A stretch of 64,000 nucleotides of DNA from an uncultured Chloroflexia bacterium (lineage in GTDB: Bacteria > Chloroflexota > Limnocylindria > QHBO01). This document shows, one piece after another, positions 58,443-64,000 of this stretch; the first letter of the stretch is position 1, and every line of letters starts with the position of its first letter. Under the pieces are notes generated by a model. The model saw only the letters and a list, made by a program, of their open reading frames with translations, did no database searches and was not told where the DNA came from. The translations under genes and the position numbers were made by a program. The stretch covers positions 2,045,279 through 2,109,278 of the forward strand of contig CAWAOJ010000002.1 in the NCBI GenBank assembly GCA_963783725.1, given 5' to 3'.

Positions 58443-60401
58443 GGTCGGCGATCTCCTCCGCTGCCCCGCCCCGTTCCCATGCCCGTTCGCGGCGTGCCGT
58501 GGCGAGAGCGACGTCGGTCGGTCCGCGCCCCGCTGCTCGGCCGCCTCCGCGGCGATGAGGTGCGTCACCGCGTTGATCAGCGCCAGGTGGGTGAACGCCT
58601 GCGGGAAGTTTCCGAGGTGGCGCCCGGTCTCCGGGTCGATCTCCTCGCCGTACAGGCCCAGGTCGCTGGCGAGGGCGAGCAGCTTCTCGCACAGGCTGCG
58701 CGCGCGTCGCACCTCGCCGATCTCCACCAGCGCGGAGACGAGCCAGAAGGAGCAGATGGTGAAGGCGCCCTCGTGGCCGGAGAGGCCGTCATCGGTCTCG
58801 TCCGTGCGGTAGCGCAGGACCAGCCCGTCGTCGGTCAGCTCGTCCGCGATGGCGAGCACGGTGCGCCGGATGCGGTCGTCATCGGGCGGCAGGAAGCGCA
58901 CCAGCGGCATGAGCAGGACCGATGCGTCCAGCGCGTCGCTGCCGTACGACTGCGTGAAGACGCCGCGCTTGTCCACGGCGTTCGCGCAAATGTCGGCCTT
59001 GATCTCGTCGGCGGCGGCGCGCCAGCGGGCCATCCGCTCGTCGTCGCCGCGCAGCTCGGCCAGCAGCGCCCCGCGATCGGCCGCCACCCAGCACATCACC
59101 TTGGAGGACGTGAAGTGGCGCGGCTCGCCGCGGACCTCCCAGATCCCGCGGTCCGGCTCCCGCCAGTGCTCCAGCGCGGAGTCCACCAGCCGCACCAGGA
59201 TCGGCCAGATGCGCTCGTCCAGGTGATCGGTGGACTTGGTGTGCAGGTAGAACGAGTCGAGCACCGCGCCCCACACGTCGTGCTGGGTCTGGCCGAAGGC
59301 GCCGTTGCCGATGCGGACCGGCTGCGCGCCCTCGTAGCCCCGGAGGTGCGAGAGGATCGTCTCGTCGGGGACCGGGTCGCCCTCGAGCGTCGTCATCACG
59401 GGGAGCCGCTCGTAGCGCTCGGCGACCTCGGCGATGAAGTGCAGATAGTCGTTCGCCTCCCAGTCGAAGCCGAGCGTGTAGAGGCCCCACAGCGCGAAGG
59501 TCGAGTCGCGGATCCAGGTGTAGCGGTAGTCCCAGTTGCGCTCGCCGCCGGGCGTCTCCGGCAGCGAGGTCGTGGCCGCGGCCGCCACCGCCCCCGTCGG
59601 CCCGTAGGTGAGCCCCTTCAGGGTCAGCGCCGAGCGCTCGAGCGCGGCGCGCCAGGGATGGTCGGGGAACGTCCCGCGCGCCAGCCAGTGCTGCCAGTGG
59701 TGGGCGGTCCAGACCAGCCGTCGATACGCCTCGTCGGTGGTGGTGGGCGAGGCGTTGAGGCCCCACGACAGCGCGCAGAAGCGGGTCTCGCCCTCCTTGA
59801 TCAGCGTCCGGCCGAGCGCGCGCGGGCCTTCCGCGCCGAGGTTGATGTCGCTGGTCAGGGTGAGCGCGATCTCCTCGCCGTCACCGCGACACACCATCTG
59901 GCGGTAGCCGGCGCCTGCGTACTCCCACGTCCCCAGCCGGCGGCCGTAGTCGAAGACCGGCTCGCAGTCGATGGTGAGCTGCACGGCGCCGTTCACGCAG
60001 CGGACCATGCGCAGCAGGATGTGCTCCGCGTCGTAGTCGGTCGGCGCGCGGCGCTGCGACTCCGAGCGCTCCTCCTCATGTCGCCAGGGACCGATGAGCA
60101 GCACGTCGCGGATCACGACCCATCCCTGGCTGGTGCCCCAGCTCGTCTCGAGCACCATGGTGCCGGGCAGGTAGCGGCGCGCGGCCGGCACCTCGACGTC
60201 CGAGGGCCCGAAGCGGAAGCCGCCCGCCGTGCGGTCCAGCAGCGCGCCGAAGACGCTGGGCGAGTCCACGCGAGGCAGGCACAGCCATTCGACGTTGCCC
60301 GACGGCGCGATGAGCGCCATGTTCTCGCAGTCGGAGAGGAACCCGTAGTCGGCGATGGGCGGGAACTGCGACGCCCCGTACGGCACGTCGAGGCCCGGCA
60401 T
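58437..60401 (-). CDS. GH15-family glycoside hydrolase (glucoamylase/trehalase-like).
   Basis: 654 aa with the GH15 (alpha/alpha)6 catalytic-domain pattern (..WIRDSTFALWGL.., ..SSKVMCWVA..), as in actinobacterial GH15 trehalases. Confidence 0.8.
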   Translation of the reverse strand: MPGLDVPYGASQFPPIADYGFLSDCENMALIAPSGNVEWLCLPRVDSPSVFGALLDRTAGGFRFGPSDVEVPAARRYLPGTMVLETSWGTSQGWVVIRDVLLIGPWRHEEERSESQRRAPTDYDAEHILLRMVRCVNGAVQLTIDCEPVFDYGRRLGTWEYAGAGYRQMVCRGDGEEIALTLTSDINLGAEGPRALGRTLIKEGETRFCALSWGLNASPTTTDEAYRRLVWTAHHWQHWLARGTFPDHPWRAALERSALTLKGLTYGPTGAVAAAATTSLPETPGGERNWDYRYTWIRDSTFALWGLYTLGFDWEANDYLHFIAEVAERYERLPVMTTLEGDPVPDETILSHLRGYEGAQPVRIGNGAFGQTQHDVWGAVLDSFYLHTKSTDHLDERIWPILVRLVDSALEHWREPDRGIWEVRGEPRHFTSSKVMCWVAADRGALLAELRGDDERMARWRAAADEIKADICANAVDKRGVFTQSYGSDALDASVLLMPLVRFLPPDDDRIRRTVLAIADELTDDGLVLRYRTDETDDGLSGHEGAFTICSFWLVSALVEIGEVRRARSLCEKLLALASDLGLYGEEIDPETGRHLGNFPQAFTHLALINAVTHLIAAEAAEQRGADRPTSLSPRHAANGHGNGAGQRRRSPTR

Positions 60402-60526
60402 GCGGGTCGTCCCGTTGTGCTTCTCATTCGCTTGCCTGACTACTCACTAGGCATTCAGTCTGCCACTGGCATGCCACCACGCAAAGAGGACCAACGGAGT
60501 TGGTCTCGACGTGGTTCCGCGCGCGG

Positions 60527-61270
60527 CTATCGGATGCGGCCGAACGCCAGGAGAGCGCCGAACTTCAGATACGCCGGCAGGCGGTGCAGCCGGCGCGGCT
60601 CACGCACGAACTGGTACGCCCATTCCAGCCCGATGCGCTGAACGACGACCGGCGCGCGCGGCTTTCGTCCGGCATAAACGTCGAAGCTTCCCCCGACGCC
60701 CATGTACAGCGCCGGATGCGCCTCGTAGAGCGCGCTCATGAGCACTTCTTGCCGCGGTGAGCCCATGCCCACGAATACGAGTTCCGGCTTAGTTGTTTGG
60801 AACTCCCGCACGAGTTCCTCGAGGTCGCCAACCTTGAGGAATCCATCGCGGAAATCGAGCGACACGCCTGGATGGCGCTTGCGGAGCCTCGCAGCGACCG
60901 ACTCAATGACTGGGCGTCTAGCGCCGATGAGATAGATCCGCTTCGTACTGGCGTACTGAGCGACAATCCGCTGCCACAAATCTGCTCCGGCGATCCGGAC
61001 GGCTGGGATCCCAAGCCGCCGGAGCGCGATAACCGCACCCATTCCGTCCGGATAGGCAACATTGTGGTTGGCGACATCGCGAAGCGTCGCATCGGCGCGA
61101 GCGAACTTCTCGGCATTGACGGCGACAAGCAGTCCGGTAGCTTCGCCCGCGAGGGTGACGAGCTCTTCGTCGCTGGTCGGAGCAAAAGTTGAGAAACGTC
61201 GGATATAGCGATGCTGAAACTTCGCTTGGGCACGGTCCCGGAGAGGACTGCTCCGCAGCTTCGTCGTCAC
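60527..61270 (-). CDS. WecG/TagA/CpsF-family (GT26) N-acetylmannosaminyl-type transferase.
   Basis: GT26 blocks (YPDGMGAV, IYLIGARRPVIE, VFVGMGSPRQE, YMGVGGSFDV). GTG start inferred; the upstream part of the track ORF overlaps the divergent GT4 gene. Confidence 0.7.
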   Translation of the reverse strand: MTTKLRSSPLRDRAQAKFQHRYIRRFSTFAPTSDEELVTLAGEATGLLVAVNAEKFARADATLRDVANHNVAYPDGMGAVIALRRLGIPAVRIAGADLWQRIVAQYASTKRIYLIGARRPVIESVAARLRKRHPGVSLDFRDGFLKVGDLEELVREFQTTKPELVFVGMGSPRQEVLMSALYEAHPALYMGVGGSFDVYAGRKPRAPVVVQRIGLEWAYQFVREPRRLHRLPAYLKFGALLAFGRIR

Positions 61271-61375
61271 TGGCCGAGGGTACTTGTCTTCCAGTCTTGC
61301 TGCTTTGGTTTCGCACGGCCGGGGGGTCCCGGTCGCTAGGCTAGACAAACGATTGCCGAGCACTGAGAGACCACG

Positions 61376-62479
61376 TTGCGCATCCTCGTGATCACGAATC
61401 TCTACCCAGATCACAAGCAGCCGGCGTTTGGCACCTTCATTTCTGCCCATGTCGAAGCGCTGAGAAGAGCTGGCGCGGAGGTCGACGTGGCTGCCATTCG
61501 TGGAGTCGCCGCGCATGAGCATGTCGCGCGAAAGTACGGCGCGCTGTGCCTGACCGCACTGGCCAGCGCCGCACGCGCCCTGCTCCATGGCTCCCGACCG
61601 GATGTCGTGGAGGCGCATATCGCCTATCCCACGGGCATCATCGCTTGGCCGATCGCGCGGCTGATCGGAGCGCAGCTGGTCCTCTACGTCCACGGCGCGG
61701 ACGTCCATGAGGTCGGGAGGCGGTCGGGCGCGCACCACCGCCTGGCGCGGTTTGTGTTCGCACGCGCGGATCTCGTCGTTGTCAACAGTAGATATAGCGA
61801 ACAGAGCCTGCTCCACGGCTACGGCGTCGCGCCACAGAAGGTCGTGGTGTGGAGTCCTGGTATCGATATCGATCACTTTCCCTCGATGCCCGACGTTTCC
61901 CGTGATCCACACCAGGTGCTATTCGTCGGTAGGTTGAGTGATCAGAAGGGCGTGGACGTGCTACTCACGGCCGTGGCACGGCTCGACACCGCCGTCTCAC
62001 TCCGAATTATCGGTGACGGGCCAGCGCGAGCCTCACTGGAGGCTGAGGCAGCGATCCTCGGGCTCGATGTCCGATTCGACGGAGCCGTTGAGCCGAGTGT
62101 TGTCGCCGGAGCCATGGCGCAGTGTGGCGTTCTCGCCGTTCCCTCGAAATACGGCGAGGCGCTCGGTCTCGTGGCGCTGGAGGGCATGGCGTCCGGCGCC
62201 CTGGTCATCGCCTCCCGGACCGGCGGCCTCACGGAGACAGTGGAAGACGGCGTGAACGGATTCCTGGTTCCGCCGGGAGACCCTGAGGCCCTTGCAAGCT
62301 GCATCGGGCACGCGCTCCGGCTTTTCGATGGTGGCGGCGAGGCGATGCGCGTCCTCACGACGGCTGCCCGAGAGCGGGCGGCAGACCACGACATCAATAC
62401 AGTGACGCGTGAGGTGGTGGCTGCATACTCCAAGCTTGTGAGCACAGCGCCCTCCGCCAGTACGGATCACGGTCGGTGA
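61376..62479 (+). CDS. GT4-family glycosyltransferase.
   Basis: MRILVITNLYP N-terminus and an EA.GLVALEGMASGALVIAS C-terminal block. Confidence 0.8.
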   Translation: MRILVITNLYPDHKQPAFGTFISAHVEALRRAGAEVDVAAIRGVAAHEHVARKYGALCLTALASAARALLHGSRPDVVEAHIAYPTGIIAWPIARLIGAQLVLYVHGADVHEVGRRSGAHHRLARFVFARADLVVVNSRYSEQSLLHGYGVAPQKVVVWSPGIDIDHFPSMPDVSRDPHQVLFVGRLSDQKGVDVLLTAVARLDTAVSLRIIGDGPARASLEAEAAILGLDVRFDGAVEPSVVAGAMAQCGVLAVPSKYGEALGLVALEGMASGALVIASRTGGLTETVEDGVNGFLVPPGDPEALASCIGHALRLFDGGGEAMRVLTTAARERAADHDINTVTREVVAAYSKLVSTAPSASTDHGR

Positions 62480-63933
62480 ACGACAGCCTCCACCTGCTTC
62501 TGGCCGTTGCCATAGTCTCTGCCGGCTGGGTCGCGTGCAATCTGATATCACGCTGGCAGCGGTGGGCCGGCGCGGGTCCACTGGCGTTGCTTGCGGCGGC
62601 TCCGCTTGTCCCGCATATCGAAGTTATCAGCCGGTTGTCGACCGACGATCTGCTACCGCTCCTCGGGCTGGCTTTGCTGCTCCCGACGGTGCCGCGCCCG
62701 CAGATGACGCGCAGACGGCTGTGGCGCACCGGTCTCATGGCCGTCTTGGGTGCGATCTTGATGCGCGTGTTGACCACACTCGCGCACGAGGCATCGGCGC
62801 TGGACGCCGTAATGACCATGACTGCGGCCGTGCTCCGACCGCTGTTCCTCGTCGCGGTCGTGATTTATGTCGCGCGGGCAGCCGCCGATCCGGATCGTCG
62901 GGCGTGGATCGCGAAATCCCTCGCCTTGGTCGCGACGTTCGAAGCGGCATTCAGCCTGCTGATGTTCGTTATACCCGTTCCCGGCGTTGGAGTCCGCGAA
63001 GGGCTGTGGTATGAGAGCCTTGCGGGCTGCGGCCTCAGGATTACCGGCACCCTCGGTCTCTCTGCCAACCACATCGGCGCGGTGTTCGTGGTCGCGATTC
63101 CTGTGACGGTCGGCGTCGCGATCACGACCCTGAGGCGCGCGCGCTACGCTTGGGCGGCCGCGGCTGGGGTTCAGGGGGCAGCGCTCGTCTTCACATTCAC
63201 CCGGGCGTCAATCCTCCTCGGCCTCGTCGCCGGTGGGCTGCTGCTGCTGTATTACCTCCAAGTCCGCCTCGCCGCGGTGGCCGCGGGCGTCTTGCTCCTC
63301 GTTCTCGCCGGCGTTACGTCGTACGCATGCGCTCCTAACGCGCCGATAACACCGCGCTCGAGTCAGTCACCAGCCAGCGCGCCGAGCGCGACATCGTCCG
63401 CGTCCGGCCCATCGCCAACATCAGCGTTGCAGTCTCCTGGTGAGGGAGAGGGAATCATCAATCGCTTCACCGATCCAAGCGACCGCTTGGCTCTGTGGTA
63501 TGCGGCGTTCCAGATCACCGTGGATCACCCGCTTCTTGGGGTCGGTATCGGGAACATGGTTAACGTCATTCGGAGTGACCCCGCGCGCTACGCGGACACG
63601 CCCTTCGGCAAGGCGACCAATTCCGCGCACAACACGATCCTCTTAGCGGGCGCGGAAACAGGCCTCCCGGGGGCGCTCAGCACTCTCGCCATCAACGTGG
63701 TCCTCGCGTTGGGCGCGCTGGAGGCCTGCCTCTTCGGGCGTCGCTACCCTCTGGCGGTCGCGGCCGGCATCGCCAGCCTGGCGTTCTTGGCACAGGGAAT
63801 GGTCAACAACCTCTTCACGGTGCCGGCAACGGGAACGCTTCTCGCGATCCTCATCGCGATCATCGTTGCGACACCGTCGGTTCGCCGCGGGCCTGGGCTG
63901 CCGGGCAGTGGCGCTCACCGGCTGGTGGCCTAG
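62476..63933 (+). CDS. O-antigen ligase/polymerase-like (Wzy_C) polytopic membrane protein.
   Basis: FTFTRASILLGL motif and at least 10 TM segments. ATGA overlap with the upstream GT4 gene. Confidence 0.65.
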   Translation: MNDSLHLLLAVAIVSAGWVACNLISRWQRWAGAGPLALLAAAPLVPHIEVISRLSTDDLLPLLGLALLLPTVPRPQMTRRRLWRTGLMAVLGAILMRVLTTLAHEASALDAVMTMTAAVLRPLFLVAVVIYVARAAADPDRRAWIAKSLALVATFEAAFSLLMFVIPVPGVGVREGLWYESLAGCGLRITGTLGLSANHIGAVFVVAIPVTVGVAITTLRRARYAWAAAAGVQGAALVFTFTRASILLGLVAGGLLLLYYLQVRLAAVAAGVLLLVLAGVTSYACAPNAPITPRSSQSPASAPSATSSASGPSPTSALQSPGEGEGIINRFTDPSDRLALWYAAFQITVDHPLLGVGIGNMVNVIRSDPARYADTPFGKATNSAHNTILLAGAETGLPGALSTLAINVVLALGALEACLFGRRYPLAVAAGIASLAFLAQGMVNNLFTVPATGTLLAILIAIIVATPSVRRGPGLPGSGAHRLVA

Positions 63934-64000
63934 GCTGTCGGCCGCTCGTCGAGTCGTCGCTTCCCGGGAGAGAATCGGGCTCGCAACCGTTGTCTCAGGC

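Noticed and set aside
1-64000. Prophage, integron or other mobile element.
   Set aside because: No integrase, transposase, recombinase, terminase or att-like repeats flanking a gene block were recognised. The only repeats are the short intergenic elements at 57.5-58.4 kb.

Overview
High-GC (~70%) chromosomal window that reads as a cell-envelope island of a Gram-positive-type bacterium (Actinobacteria/Chloroflexi-like); the taxon cannot be fixed from sequence alone.

Gene content by region:
- 1-7.1 kb: alpha-glucan/trehalose genes (maltokinase 3' end, glgX, glgB) and a ClC channel.
- 7.2-9.2 kb: mreB and mreC.
- 9.3-20.3 kb: four consecutive secreted proteins. Each ends in three CWB2-type cell-wall-binding repeats and carries a different N-terminal head: a putative His/Cys peptidase-like domain, a GH18 domain, a CAP/SCP domain, and an S8 subtilase plus an Ig-like domain.
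- 20.3-26.2 kb: a five-gene set matching the WbpA/B/E/D/I pathway for UDP-2,3-diacetamido-2,3-dideoxy-mannuronic acid, followed by a Ppm1-like polyprenyl-phosphate glycosyltransferase.
- 26-37 kb: PPIase, MazG, GT4, a GT-C membrane glycosyltransferase, tRNA-Pro, WecA/TagO-like, O-antigen-ligase-like, GT4, and an LCP protein.
- 37-48 kb: GGDEF cyclase, a DUF3048 protein, a second LCP, a Cys/Met PLP enzyme, a PucR-like regulator, a CE4 deacetylase/PHP/ATP-grasp trio, and glnA.
- 48.4-56.9 kb: a second polysaccharide locus (sugar transferase, UDP-glucose dehydrogenase, Wzx, GT4s, UDP-sugar dehydrogenase, a second wecB) in which most genes carry frameshifts.
- 56.9-58.5 kb: ppa, then an unusual intergenic region with a 61-bp tandem repeat (x3.4) and two copies of a ~120-nt element.
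- 58.4-64 kb: a GH15 glucoamylase/trehalase-like gene and a third glycan locus (TagA-like GT26, GT4, O-antigen-ligase-like).

No CRISPR array, integrase or transposase was seen. Many otherwise intact genes carry single-base frameshifts, several at homopolymers, so the assembly probably has indel errors. Many six-frame ORFs are antisense or alternate-frame artefacts of the high GC content. Coordinates derived from reading the raw sequence (rather than from the ORF track) may be off by a few nucleotides.
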